Below, piece after piece: positions 30,629-40,803 of a stretch of DNA of 53,183 nucleotides (its first letter is position 1; every line of letters begins with the position of its first letter). Origin of the DNA: Thermodesulfobacteriota bacterium (GTDB lineage: Bacteria > DASVDK01); NCBI GenBank assembly GCA_036381125.1, contig DASVDK010000059.1, forward strand, positions 1-53,183, written 5' to 3'. The position numbers and the translations under genes are program-made. The notes under the pieces were generated by a model. The model was not told the DNA's origin and searched no databases. It saw nothing but the letters and a program-made list of their open reading frames with translations.

Positions 30629-31516
30629 TCAGACCCGCTCGATCTCCACCGTCCCGAACAGCCCGTACGGCTTCACCATCAGGATCAGCACCAGCACGAT
30701 GAACGGCACGACCTCGTGGATGCCGACCCCCACGATCGGGCTCAGGTAGCCGGCCGCGAGGTTCTCGAGGAGGCCGATCAGGAGCCCGCCGACGACCGCG
30801 CCGGCCACGCTGTCGAGCCCGCCGACGATCGCGGCCGGGAAGACCAGGATGCCGATCGCGCTCAGCCCCTCGGTGCTGAGGCTCGTGATGCTCCCGACGA
30901 CCAGGCCGGCGGCCACGGCCGTCACCAGCGCGATCGCCCAGGCGAGGCCGAAGATCCGCCGGACGCTGACCCCGAGGGAGAGCGCCGCCTGCTGGTCGTC
31001 GGCCACCGCCCGCATCGCCACGCCGAGCGTGCTCCGGCGGAAGAAGAGGCCGAAGCCGACGAGGACGAGCGCCGAGGCCCCGAGCGCCGCGAGGTGGAGC
31101 GGCGAGAGGAAGACGCCGCCGACCTCGATCGGCGTGTCGGGGAGGAAGGTCGGGAAGGCGAAGTAGCCCGCTCCCCAGACCACGTACATGACCCCCTTGA
31201 GGACGCTCGACAGGCCGATGGTGACCATGATGACGGCGATGATCTCCTTGCCGATCAGCGGCCGCAGCGCGAGCCGCTCGACCAGGAGGCCCAGCAGGAA
31301 GAAGCCGACGACCGTCACGGCCACGGCGGCGCCGAACGGCAGGCCGAGCGACTCGCTGAACGCGAGCGCCACGAAGCTGCCGAGCGCGAGGAAGTCGCCC
31401 TGGGCGAAGTTGATGACCCGGCTCGCCTTGTAGATGAGGACGAACCCGAGCGCCGCCAGCGCGTACACCGCGCCGACCACCAAGCCGTTAACGACGAGCT
31501 GCAGCAGGAAGTCCAT
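30629..31516 (-). CDS. LivH-like ABC permease (operon A)
   Basis: YALAALGFVLIY...INFAQG, GVAMRAVA, GGLDS, KPYGLFG. Confidence 0.92.
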   Translation of the reverse strand: MDFLLQLVVNGLVVGAVYALAALGFVLIYKASRVINFAQGDFLALGSFVALAFSESLGLPFGAAVAVTVVGFFLLGLLVERLALRPLIGKEIIAVIMVTIGLSSVLKGVMYVVWGAGYFAFPTFLPDTPIEVGGVFLSPLHLAALGASALVLVGFGLFFRRSTLGVAMRAVADDQQAALSLGVSVRRIFGLAWAIALVTAVAAGLVVGSITSLSTEGLSAIGILVFPAAIVGGLDSVAGAVVGGLLIGLLENLAAGYLSPIVGVGIHEVVPFIVLVLILMVKPYGLFGTVEIERV

Positions 31517-33455
31517 TCCCCTCCCCCTCCGCCGTCGCCCCGCCCACGGTCCAGATCGTCACGTTCAGCTCGACCTCCGCCACGCGGCCGTCCTGGTACT
31601 GGTAGCGGGCCTTCACCGGCACCTCCGGGCTGCCGTCGTAGAGCGCCCGGAAGAGCGGCTCGTAGCGCTCCGCCACCAGCTTGCGGCGGACCTTGCCGGT
31701 GCGGGTCAGCTCCTCGTCGTCGGCGTCGAGGAGCTTGTAGAGGAGGGCGACGCGCCGGATCCGGTGCTCCGGCTTGAGCCCCGCGTTGACCCGCTCCACC
31801 TCCTCGAGGAGGAGGCGGCCCACCGGCGCCTTCTGCGAGAGGTCTGCGTAGGTGGTGTAGGTGAGCTTCCGGTCCTCGGCCCACTTGCCGACCGTCTCCG
31901 GATCGATGTTGACCAGCGCGGCGATGAAGGGGAGGCCGTCGCCGAAGACGACCGCCTCGCGGACGAAGTGGCTGAACTTGAGCTTGTTCTCGATGAACTG
32001 CGGGCTGAAGACGACCCCGGCGCCGGTCCGCATCACGTCGGCCAGCCGGTCGATGATGACGAGGTGGCCGTCGGGCTCGAGGTAGCCGGCGTCGCCGGTG
32101 CGCAGCCACCCGTCGTCGAAGAGCGCCGCGGTGGCGTCCTCGCGGCGGTAGTAGCCCTTGCCGACCGAGGCGCCCCGGACGAGGACCTCCCCCTCGCCGC
32201 TGATCCGCACCTCCGTGCCGGCGTACGGGACGCCGACCGTGTCGAACCGGATGTCGCCGTCCCGGTGGAAGCAGAAGATGCCGCCGCTCTCGGTCTGCCC
32301 GTAGCCCTGCTTGAGGTTGATCCCGAGGGCGTGGAAGAAGCGGAAGACGTCGGGCCCGAGCGCGGCGCCGGCCGTGTACGCCTTGCGCAGCCTGAGGAAG
32401 CCGAGCCGGTCCTGCACGAGGCGATAGAGCGTCACGCGGAAGAACAGCTCCAGGAGCCGGAGCGGCCACGGCACGGCCTCGCCCCGGAGCCTGCGGTCCG
32501 CCACCCGGTGGCCGACCGCAAGCCCCAGGCGGAAGAACCCCCGCTTGAGCGGCGTGCTGTCGTCGACCTTCACCCGGATGTGCCGGGCGTACGACTCCCA
32601 GACGCGGGGCGGGCTGAACATGAGGTGCGGGCCGATCTCCCGGCGGTCGTGCTCGGCGGTCTCGAGCGCCTCGGGGCAGTTGACGGTGAAGCCGGCCACG
32701 AGCCCCGTGGCGACGGCCATCATCTGCTCCCCCATCCAGGCGAGCGGGAGGAAGGAGAGGTAGTCGTCCCCGGGCCGGAACCCCTCGGTCTCGGTGAACC
32801 GGTACCCCATCGTGACGAGGTTCCGGTGGGTGAGCATGACCGGCTTCGGCAGGTCGGTCGTGCCGCTCGAGAAGCAGAAGAGAGCGACGTCGTCGGGCCG
32901 TCCCGCGTCCCGGAGCCGCTCGAAGGCTCCCGGCTGGCCCTCGTCCTCCCGCCGCCCCAGCTCGAGCAGCTCCTCGAACCCGAGGAGCCACGGGTCGGAC
33001 CGGTAGCCGGCAAGCCCCCTGGGATCCTCGAAGACGACCCGGCGGACGCCGGGGATCTCCGCACGCACCTCGAGGAGCTTGTCGACCTGCTCCTGGTCCT
33101 CGGCGACCACGTACACCGCGTCGGTCGCCGCGAGGCCGTAGGCGATCTCCCGCGGCACGCTCGACGCGTAGACGCCGACCACGATCCCGCCGACGGCCTG
33201 CACCCCGAGCTCGGTGTAGAACCACTCGGGGATGTTGTCGGCGAGCACGGCGACCTTCTCGCCCGGCGCGAGCCCGAGCGCCCGGAAGCCCATTCCGGTC
33301 CAGCGGGCGAGCTGCTCGAACCGCGCCCAGCCGGTCTCCCGCCAGATGCCGAGATCCTTCTCCCGCAGGGCCGCCCGCCCGTCGCCCCACTCCCGCGCCC
33401 GGCGGGCCAGGATCTGCGGGAGCGTCAGGCCGAGGAGGGCGGGATCGAGGCTCAC
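31488..33455 (-). CDS. Long-chain acyl-CoA synthetase-like AMP-binding protein (operon A)
   Basis: FSSGTTDLPK, GYGQTE, GWLRTGDAG, IIDR, ELTRTGKVRR; GTG at 33455. Confidence 0.9.
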   Translation of the reverse strand: MSLDPALLGLTLPQILARRAREWGDGRAALREKDLGIWRETGWARFEQLARWTGMGFRALGLAPGEKVAVLADNIPEWFYTELGVQAVGGIVVGVYASSVPREIAYGLAATDAVYVVAEDQEQVDKLLEVRAEIPGVRRVVFEDPRGLAGYRSDPWLLGFEELLELGRREDEGQPGAFERLRDAGRPDDVALFCFSSGTTDLPKPVMLTHRNLVTMGYRFTETEGFRPGDDYLSFLPLAWMGEQMMAVATGLVAGFTVNCPEALETAEHDRREIGPHLMFSPPRVWESYARHIRVKVDDSTPLKRGFFRLGLAVGHRVADRRLRGEAVPWPLRLLELFFRVTLYRLVQDRLGFLRLRKAYTAGAALGPDVFRFFHALGINLKQGYGQTESGGIFCFHRDGDIRFDTVGVPYAGTEVRISGEGEVLVRGASVGKGYYRREDATAALFDDGWLRTGDAGYLEPDGHLVIIDRLADVMRTGAGVVFSPQFIENKLKFSHFVREAVVFGDGLPFIAALVNIDPETVGKWAEDRKLTYTTYADLSQKAPVGRLLLEEVERVNAGLKPEHRIRRVALLYKLLDADDEELTRTGKVRRKLVAERYEPLFRALYDGSPEVPVKARYQYQDGRVAEVELNVTIWTVGGATAEGEGNGLPAAARR

Positions 33456-34276
33456 GCGAGCGTCTCCATCTCCCGGCCGAGATAGGCCTCGACGACCGCC
33501 GGGTTCGAGGCGACCTCCTGCGGTCGCCCGGCCGCGATCACCTGGCCGAAGTTCAGCACGTAGACCCGATGGCTCAGGTCCATGACCGCCTGGAGGTCGT
33601 GCTCGATGAGGACGATCCCGATGCCGCGCTCGGCGTTCGCCTCGAGGATGAAGCGGGCGATGTCCTCCTTCTCCTCGACCGCCATCCCGGCCATCGGCTC
33701 GTCGAGGAGGAGGAGCGACGGTTCGAGCGCGAGCGCCCGCGCCAGCTCGACCCGTTTGCGGACGCCGTACGGGAGTGTGGCCACCGGCCGGTGGCGGTAG
33801 GGCTCGAGCTCCATGAAGTCGATGACCGCCTCGACGTCGCGCCGCGCCCTGGCCTCCCCGCGCCTGGCCGGCCCGTAGTAGGCCAGGGCGGAGAGGAGCC
33901 CGTAGCCGAGGTGCCGGTGGCGGCCGAGCGTGAGGTTCTCGAGGACGGTCAGGCCGCCGAAGAGCTCCACGTTCTGGAAGGCGCGGCCGATGCCGAGCGC
34001 GGCGATGCGGTGAGGGGGCCAGCGCGTGATGTCGTGGTCGCCGAAGCGGATGCGGCCCTCGTGCGGCCGGTAGAAGCCGGAGATGCAGTTGACGAAGCTC
34101 GTCTTGCCCGCCCCGTTGGGGCCGATGACCGAGACGATCTCTCCAGGGTCGACGGCGAGGTGGACCCGATCGAGCGCGCGGACGCCGCCGAACGCGAGCG
34201 ACAGGTCCTCCACGCGAAGCTGCACCGCCTGCGCCTCCGTGTGCTCGATCGACGTCCTCGGATGCGGCCTGCGCAC
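33452..34276 (-). CDS. LivG-like ABC ATP-binding protein (operon A)
   Basis: FGGVRAL, GPNGAGKTS, LPYG, LLDEPMAG, IEHD, EAYLG; exact start uncertain. Confidence 0.92.
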   Translation of the reverse strand: MRRPHPRTSIEHTEAQAVQLRVEDLSLAFGGVRALDRVHLAVDPGEIVSVIGPNGAGKTSFVNCISGFYRPHEGRIRFGDHDITRWPPHRIAALGIGRAFQNVELFGGLTVLENLTLGRHRHLGYGLLSALAYYGPARRGEARARRDVEAVIDFMELEPYRHRPVATLPYGVRKRVELARALALEPSLLLLDEPMAGMAVEEKEDIARFILEANAERGIGIVLIEHDLQAVMDLSHRVYVLNFGQVIAAGRPQEVASNPAVVEAYLGREMETLA

Positions 34277-34384
34277 GGCCGGGCGGACCGGACCTCCGGC
34301 GGCGCCGCGCGCCGCCGAGAGCCGCGATCTCGGAGCCTTCGCCAGAGACTCGGCCGAGCGGACAGAGACCCGGCGAGCCGGCCC

Positions 34385-34413
34385 ATTCTAGCGGCGTGGC
34401 CGGGAACGGGCAA
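34385..34413 (-). promoter_or_regulatory. Putative sigma70 promoter of ABC operon A
   Basis: Minus strand TTGCCC (34413-34408), 17 nt, TAGAAT (34390-34385). Confidence 0.55.
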
Positions 34414-34492
34414 GTCCAGAACGGGGTTCGACTCGGCGGGCGGTCGCGTGATCGGCCGCCGTCGGCGCGACGACCGGACGGCGCGAGGCGCG

Positions 34493-35287
34493 TCAGGAGA
34501 GCCAGCGTTTCCGGCGGCGATAGTGCTTCACCTCGCGGTACGACTTGCGGCCGCCGACGTCCGAGAGGCCCAGGTAGAACTCCTTGACGTCCTCGTTGGC
34601 CCGGAGCCGGTCGACCGGCCCGTCGAGCACGATGCGGCCGGTCTCCATGATGTAGCCGTACTGCGCGATGGCGAGCGCCAGCGCCGCGTTCTGCTCGACG
34701 AGGAGGATGGTCGTCTTCTCCTCCCGGTTGATCCGCACGATGATGTCGAAGATCTCTCGCACGAGCAGCGGCGCGAGCCCGAGCGACGGCTCGTCGAGGA
34801 GGACGAGCTTCGGGCGGGCCATGAGCGCCCGCCCGATGGCGAGCATCTGCTGCTCGCCGCCGGACAGGTAGCCGGCGCGCTGCCGGCGGCGCTCCTTGAG
34901 GCGCGGGAAGTACCCGTAGACCATGTCGTAGTCGCGCCGGACGCCGTCGCCGTCGCGCCGCGTGTACGCGCCGACCAGGAGGTTCTCCTCGACCGTCAGG
35001 TCCTCGAAGACCCGGCGTCCCTCCATGACCTGGAAGATCCCGCGGGCGACGATGGCCTCCGGGTCGAGTCCGTGGATCGGCTCCCCCTCGAACTCGATCG
35101 TCCCGTCGGTGACCTCCCCCTCCTCCGCCTTGAGGAGCCCCGAGATCGCCTTGAGCGTCGTGCTCTTGCCGGCGCCGTTGGCGCCGAGGAGCGCCACGAT
35201 CTGCCCGGCCGGCACCTCGAGGCTCATCCCCTTGAGGACCAGGATCACGTCGTTGTAGATGACCTCGACGTTGTTGAGCTTCAGCAT
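34493..35287 (-). CDS. LivF-like ABC ATP-binding protein (operon B)
   Basis: GANGAGKST, LSGGEQQMLAIG, LLDEPSLGLAP. Confidence 0.93.
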   Translation of the reverse strand: MLKLNNVEVIYNDVILVLKGMSLEVPAGQIVALLGANGAGKSTTLKAISGLLKAEEGEVTDGTIEFEGEPIHGLDPEAIVARGIFQVMEGRRVFEDLTVEENLLVGAYTRRDGDGVRRDYDMVYGYFPRLKERRRQRAGYLSGGEQQMLAIGRALMARPKLVLLDEPSLGLAPLLVREIFDIIVRINREEKTTILLVEQNAALALAIAQYGYIMETGRIVLDGPVDRLRANEDVKEFYLGLSDVGGRKSYREVKHYRRRKRWLS

Positions 35288-35529
35288 CCGGCCCGCCTCC
35301 GCTCGGCCCGCCGCGCACGGGGGTCAGGTCGCGCCGCGACCGGGTCCGGCCCCGAGCGTTTCCGCGTCGCCGCGGCGCGCCGGGAAACGGTGGAGGCCGG
35401 ACCCCGTCCGGGCCAGGGCCTGTCCGCACAGGCCGATCGCGGGACCATCCGGGAGGCTCCGCCCGCCGGCCGGCGGACGCGGTAGGAGGCCCTTGCCAGA
35501 GCGTTGCCGCGAGGCTTTGCAGACACGGC

Positions 35530-36726
35530 CTAGAGCCCGAGCCACTCCGGCTTGCGCGGCACCTCGCCCTCGTGCTCGAGCACGACCTTGCCGTTCCTGA
35601 CGATGTAGAGGAACGAGCGGGTCGTCGGCCGGTGGTCCTCGGCGGTGTACGTGATCGGCGGCGTGAGGCCGCCGGTGTCGAAGCCCCGCAGCGTCTCGAG
35701 CGCCTTCTTGACGCCCGGCCCGTTGAGGTCGTCGCCGGCCCGCCTGAGCGCCTCGGCCCAGACCGTCACGTAGGCCCAGCCGCGCACGTAGAGCGCGTCG
35801 GGGGCGAGCTGCGGCGGGTTGGCCTTGTGGAAGGCGAGGATCTCCTTCATCCCCGGCACGTCCGCCCCGTAGAGGACGTTCGGCAGCATCCCGACGACCC
35901 CTTCCGAGGCCTCCTTCGCCACCTCGGGGAGCTTCTCGCTGTAGCCGTACGGGTTCGAGCCGAACCGCGTGCGAAGGCCGAGCTTCTGGGCGTCCTTGAG
36001 GATCTGGGCGACCCAGGTGGTCGTCGTGTTGATGTACGCCCAGTCGGGGTCCTTCTGCTTCATGTTCAGGAGCTGGGAGGTCGAGTCCTGGAAGGACGAC
36101 GGGACGACCTGCTCGTCCACGAGATCGACCCCGATCTCCTTCGCGTACCGCCGCCCGGCCTCGATCGGCGCCCGGCCGTAGCCGTTGTCGGCATAGACGA
36201 AGGCGATGCGCGCCTTGCGGCCCGACGGCGAGTGCGCCTTGGCGTAGTCCATGAAGATGCGGAGGTTGTCGGAGTACGAGGCGCCGACGAAGAAGTTGTA
36301 GGGCGTCTTCTTCGGATCGGTCAGGTGCCCCGAGAAGGAGGCGGAGATGTACGGGATGCGGTCGTCGTTCACCGACTTCACGAGCGCCTCGGTGTCGCCG
36401 GTCCCCCACCCGTTGATCATGACGACGTCCTGGCCGGTGAACTGCTTGTAGGCGGCCACGGCCTGCGGGATCTTGTAGCCGTAGTCGACGGCGGTGAGGT
36501 CGATGCGCCGCCCGTTCACGCCGCCCCGCTCGTTCACGATCTTCACGTGATCGATGACGCCCTGGGCGAAGGGCTTGCCGACCTCCGAGGTGACGCCCGT
36601 CAGGTCGAAGAGGCCGCCGACCTTGATGGGCGCCTTGCCCTGTCCGTGCGCCCGGTGCGGCGTGAGCCCGCTCGCCGCGACCAGGGCCCCGCCCACCACC
36701 ACGAACCGCCTGCGCGTGAGTCCCAT
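35530..36726 (-). CDS. LivK-like ABC substrate-binding protein (operon B), Tat-type signal
   Basis: N-terminal LTRRRFVV; IKVG.LFDLTG, GGVNGR, DYGYK, GWGTGDT. Confidence 0.9.
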   Translation of the reverse strand: MGLTRRRFVVVGGALVAASGLTPHRAHGQGKAPIKVGGLFDLTGVTSEVGKPFAQGVIDHVKIVNERGGVNGRRIDLTAVDYGYKIPQAVAAYKQFTGQDVVMINGWGTGDTEALVKSVNDDRIPYISASFSGHLTDPKKTPYNFFVGASYSDNLRIFMDYAKAHSPSGRKARIAFVYADNGYGRAPIEAGRRYAKEIGVDLVDEQVVPSSFQDSTSQLLNMKQKDPDWAYINTTTTWVAQILKDAQKLGLRTRFGSNPYGYSEKLPEVAKEASEGVVGMLPNVLYGADVPGMKEILAFHKANPPQLAPDALYVRGWAYVTVWAEALRRAGDDLNGPGVKKALETLRGFDTGGLTPPITYTAEDHRPTTRSFLYIVRNGKVVLEHEGEVPRKPEWLGL

Positions 36727-36735
36727 GAGTGCCTC

Positions 36736-37785
36736 CTAGTACGAGAAGGGCCAGAGCTTCCAGTAGGCCTTGATCGTGCGCCAGCGTGCGGCCATGCCGT
36801 CCGGCTCGAAGACGAGGAAGAAGATGATGAGGAGGCCGAAGACCGCCTCCCGCAGGCTGACGATCAGGCCGATCAGGGCCGGAAAGCTTCCCGACAGGGC
36901 CGTGGCGACGATCCGGAGCAGGTCGGGCACGAGCGTCATGAAGGCGGCGCCGAGCACCGAGCCCAGGACGCTGCCGAGACCGCCGATGATGATCATGGCG
37001 AGGTAGTCGATCGCGACCGTGATCGGGAAGTTCTCCGGGGTGATGATCCCGGCCTGGTGGGCGAGGTGCGCCCCCGCCACGCCGGCGTAGAACGACGAGA
37101 CGCCGAAGGCGAGCAGCTTGTACCGGAAGAGCGGGATGCCCATGACCTCGGCGGAGATGTCCCTGTCCCGGATCGCCACGAAGGCCCGCCCGACGCGCGT
37201 CCGGAAGAGGTTGCGCGCGAAGAGGACCGCGACCACGGCGATCACGAGGATCAGGTAGAAGACCTTCGCGGCCGAGTCGAACTCGAAGCCGAAGAGGGTC
37301 GCCGTGTCGACGACGATCCCGTCGGTCCCGCCCGTTACCGACCGCCACCGGATCACGACGAACTCGATGATGAAGTGCGCCGCGAGGGTCGCCATGGCGA
37401 GGTAGAGGCCCTTGAGGCGCAGGGACGGGATGCCGAAGACCATGCCGACGGCCGCCGCGGCGAGGCCGGCGCCCGGGATGGTGACCACGACGGGCAGCCC
37501 GAGCGCCGTGAGCCTGGCGCCGGTGTAGGCGCCCACCGCGAGGAAGCCGGCGTGGCCGAGCGAGATCTGCCCGGCGAAGCCGGTCAGGATGTTGAGCCCC
37601 ACCGCGCCGATCACGGCGATGCCGATGCGGCTCATGAGGTCGATCTGGTAGGACGAGGCGGCGAGCGGGGCGAGCGCCGCGAGCAGCAGGAAGAGCGCGC
37701 AGGCCACCCTGCCGACCGGGCTCGCGAAGATGCGGCTGTCGGACTCGTAGCTGACCCGGAAGTCCCCGCAGCGGGCGGTCGTCAT
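36736..37785 (-). CDS. LivM-like ABC permease (operon B)
   Basis: GLNILTGFAGQISLGHAGF, GLYLAMATLA, AIRD, GGLGS. Confidence 0.92.
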   Translation of the reverse strand: MTTARCGDFRVSYESDSRIFASPVGRVACALFLLLAALAPLAASSYQIDLMSRIGIAVIGAVGLNILTGFAGQISLGHAGFLAVGAYTGARLTALGLPVVVTIPGAGLAAAAVGMVFGIPSLRLKGLYLAMATLAAHFIIEFVVIRWRSVTGGTDGIVVDTATLFGFEFDSAAKVFYLILVIAVVAVLFARNLFRTRVGRAFVAIRDRDISAEVMGIPLFRYKLLAFGVSSFYAGVAGAHLAHQAGIITPENFPITVAIDYLAMIIIGGLGSVLGSVLGAAFMTLVPDLLRIVATALSGSFPALIGLIVSLREAVFGLLIIFFLVFEPDGMAARWRTIKAYWKLWPFSY

Positions 37786-37872
37786 GACCTCGCTCCGTTG
37801 CCCCGGCCCCCTCGGCGTCGCCGGCCGGGACCCCTGCGAAGCCTGCTCGATCGAGGTCGACGCATGACTCTC

Positions 37873-38760
37873 CTAGACCCTCTCGATCTCTTCCGTGCCG
37901 AAGAGCCCGTACGGACGGACCATGAGGATCAGGATGAGCAGCACGAAGGGGGCGACCTCCTTGGCGCCGCCGCCCACGTACGGGTCGAGGTAGCCGCCGG
38001 CCAGGTTCTCGAGGACGCCGACGAGGAGGCCGCCGACGAAGGCGCCGGCGAGGCTGTCGAGCCCGCCGAGGATCACCACCGGGATGACCTTGAGCCCGAT
38101 GAACGCGAGCGAGCCGTCGACGCCGCCCCGCATGTTGCCGAGGAAGATGCCGCCGACGACCGAGACCATGGCGGCGATCGCCCAGGCGAGGGCGAACATC
38201 CGCTTCACGCTGATGCCCATGGAGAGCGCCACCTGCTGGTCGAACGCCGTCGCCCGCATGGCGACGCCGGCCTTCGAGTACTTGAAGAAGAGCGACAGGA
38301 GCCCCATCAGGACGAGCACCGCCACGAAGGAGCCGGCGTACGCCGGCGTGACGGCCACGCCGCCGAGGCGGAACGGCTCGCCGGTGAAGAACTCCGGGAA
38401 GGCCCGGATGTCGGTGCCGTAGACCGACTGAACGGCGGCGCGCAGCACCGACGCGAGGCCGAGCGTCACCATGACCACCGAGAGGATCGGCTCGCCGATC
38501 ATCGGCCGCAGGATCACCCGCTCGACCAGGAGGGCGAGGAGCACGGCGAAGACGAGCGTGCCGAGGACCGCCGCCGGATACGGGAACGCCAGCCACACGA
38601 GGAACGAGAGGCACACGTAGGCCCCCACCATCAGGAACTCGCCCTGGGCGAAGTTCACCACCCGGGAGGCCTTGAAGATGAGGACGAAACCCATGGCCAC
38701 GAGCGCGTACACGCTGCCGACGACGACGCCCGTCACGACGAGGTTCAGGAAGAAGGCCAT
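37873..38760 (-). CDS. LivH-like ABC permease (operon B)
   Basis: YALVAMGFVLIF...VNFAQG, GVAMRATA, GGLDS, RPYGLFG; ATG at 38760. Confidence 0.92.
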   Translation of the reverse strand: MAFFLNLVVTGVVVGSVYALVAMGFVLIFKASRVVNFAQGEFLMVGAYVCLSFLVWLAFPYPAAVLGTLVFAVLLALLVERVILRPMIGEPILSVVMVTLGLASVLRAAVQSVYGTDIRAFPEFFTGEPFRLGGVAVTPAYAGSFVAVLVLMGLLSLFFKYSKAGVAMRATAFDQQVALSMGISVKRMFALAWAIAAMVSVVGGIFLGNMRGGVDGSLAFIGLKVIPVVILGGLDSLAGAFVGGLLVGVLENLAGGYLDPYVGGGAKEVAPFVLLILILMVRPYGLFGTEEIERV

Positions 38761-40679
38761 CGGATCTCCCGGACGGCGAGCCGCGTCCGAATGGTGGCCT
38801 GGCGGCCGTCCTGGTACTTGATCGTCGCCTCGACGGGGATCTCCGGTCCCGAGCCGTAGAGCCCCTCCACCACCGGCGCGTACCGATCCTCCACGAACCG
38901 CCGGCGGATCTTCCGTGTCCGGGTCAGCTCGTCGTCGTCGGCGTCGAGTTCCTTGTAGAGGAGGACGAACTTCCTGAGACGCGCCGCCTCGGGGAGCGAC
39001 TCGTTCACGCGCCGCACCTCGGCCTCGACGAGGTCGTACACCTCCGGCTTGGCGGCGAGGTCGGTGTAGGTCGTGTAGGAGATGTGCCGGCGCTCGGCCC
39101 ACTTCCCCACGATCCCCATGTCGATGTTGATCATGGCGGCGAGGTAGGGGCGGCCCGAGCCGATCACCACCGCTTCCTTCACGTACGGGCTGAACTTGAG
39201 CTTGTTCTCGATGAACTGCGGGGAGAAGGTCGTCCCGTCCGCGAGCCGCATGACGTCCTTCACGCGGTCGATCACGACGAGCTGGCCGTCCTCGGTGAAG
39301 TAGCCGGCGTCGCCGGAGTGGAGCCACCCGTCCCGCAGCGTCTCGGCGGTCGCCTCCGGGTCCTTGTAGTAGCCGTTGAAAACCGAGTCGCTGCGCGAGA
39401 GGATCTCGCCCGTCTCGCCGATGCGCACCTCGGTCCCCGGGATCGGCCGCCCCACGGTGTCGAACCGGACCTCCCCGTCCCGGTGGATGCAGGAGATCCC
39501 GGCGATCTCCGTCTGCCCGTAGATCTGCTTGAGGTTGACGCCGAGGCCGTGGAAGAACCGGAACGTGTCGGGGCCGAGCGCCGCGCCGCCGGTGGTGGCG
39601 CTGCGGATCCGGCTGAGGCCGAGACGGTCCTTGAGGGCCCGGAAGCACGCCAGCTCGGCCAGCGCGTACCGGATCCTCAGGCCGGCCGGGATGGACCGCC
39701 GGGCGAACCGCGCGTCCGCCATCGCGTAGCCGATCGGCAGCGCCCAGTCGAAGATCCGTCGCTTGAGCCAGGTGGCGTCCATCGCCTTCACGCGCACCGT
39801 GGCCGCCAGGTTCTCCCAGATGCGGGGGGGGGAGAACATCACGTGGGGACCGATCTCGCGCAGGTCGGCCTGCACGGTGGCCGGCGACTCGGGGAAGTTC
39901 ACCGTGAAGCCTACGGCGAGCGACGACGATGCCGCCATCATCTGCTCGCCGATCCAGGCGAGCGGGAGGAACGAGAGGAACTCGTCGCTCTCGTACTTGG
40001 GGTCGACCTCCATGAGCCGCAGCGCCATGTTGAGGAGGTTGCGGTGCGTCAGCATGGAGCCCTTCGGCAAGCCGGTGGTCCCGGACGTGTAGCAGAGGAT
40101 GGCGAGGTCGTCGGGCCGGCCGGCCGCGACGTTCGTCTCGAAGAGGCCGGCGTGGGCCGCGCCGTGCGCCCGCCCCAACGCCTCGATCTCCTCGAAGGCG
40201 GCGAGCCCGTCGTCCCGGTAATGCCGCAGGCCGCGCGGGTCGGTGTAGACGATGGCACGGACCCCGGGGGTCTTCGCGCGGACCTCGAGGAGCTTGTCGA
40301 CCTGCTCCTGGTCCTCGGCCACGACCACCGTGGCGTCGCAGTGGCCGATGACGTAGACGACCTCGGCGAGCGTCGAGTCCTGGTAGACGCCGACCGACAC
40401 GCCTCCCGCCGCCTGGGCGGCCAGCTCCGCGTAGAGCCACTCCGGCCGGTTGTCGCCGATGATCGCCACCGTGCCGCCCCTCGCGAGCCCGAGCGCGACG
40501 AGCCCGAGCGAGAAGTCGCGCACCCGGCGGAGGTACCCGGCCCAGGTCACCTCCTGCCAGATCCCGAACTCCTTCTCGCGCAGCGCCACCCGCCGGTCGC
40601 CGAAGCGCTCGGCGTTGCGCACGAGGAGTTGCGGGAGCGTGAAGCTCCGGAGGTCGACCTGCCCGTTGCCGGCGCTCAC
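38745..40679 (-). CDS. Long-chain acyl-CoA synthetase-like AMP-binding protein (operon B)
   Basis: YTSGTTGLPKG, YGQTE, GWLHSGDAG, IDRVKD, ELTRTRKIRR. Confidence 0.93.
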   Translation of the reverse strand: MSAGNGQVDLRSFTLPQLLVRNAERFGDRRVALREKEFGIWQEVTWAGYLRRVRDFSLGLVALGLARGGTVAIIGDNRPEWLYAELAAQAAGGVSVGVYQDSTLAEVVYVIGHCDATVVVAEDQEQVDKLLEVRAKTPGVRAIVYTDPRGLRHYRDDGLAAFEEIEALGRAHGAAHAGLFETNVAAGRPDDLAILCYTSGTTGLPKGSMLTHRNLLNMALRLMEVDPKYESDEFLSFLPLAWIGEQMMAASSSLAVGFTVNFPESPATVQADLREIGPHVMFSPPRIWENLAATVRVKAMDATWLKRRIFDWALPIGYAMADARFARRSIPAGLRIRYALAELACFRALKDRLGLSRIRSATTGGAALGPDTFRFFHGLGVNLKQIYGQTEIAGISCIHRDGEVRFDTVGRPIPGTEVRIGETGEILSRSDSVFNGYYKDPEATAETLRDGWLHSGDAGYFTEDGQLVVIDRVKDVMRLADGTTFSPQFIENKLKFSPYVKEAVVIGSGRPYLAAMINIDMGIVGKWAERRHISYTTYTDLAAKPEVYDLVEAEVRRVNESLPEAARLRKFVLLYKELDADDDELTRTRKIRRRFVEDRYAPVVEGLYGSGPEIPVEATIKYQDGRQATIRTRLAVREIRWPSS

Positions 40680-40803
40680 GGCGCCGCACCTCCGTCAACG
40701 GCTCGCGGCCGCCGTCCGCTCCGGCCGTGGCAAGCCCGGCCTCCGCTCCCCCGGGGCTCCGCCCCGGGCCCACTCCCGGGGGCCGCTCGCCTCACGGTGC
40801 GGC

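Noticed and set aside
30625..30636. GGGGTCAGACCC palindrome at the livH stop (similar at the thrC stop, ~48935-48946)
   Set aside because: Explained by Val-stop codons (GTC TGA) plus GC-rich flanks; no 25-bp unit nearby
34421..34440. tRNA T-loop-like GGTTCGACTC
   Set aside because: No cloverleaf, acceptor stem or CCA context
31488..35429. 1313-aa fused ORF from the ORF track
   Set aside because: The N-terminal half is an out-of-frame read across livF/livG in GC-rich DNA; the real ligase starts at 33455
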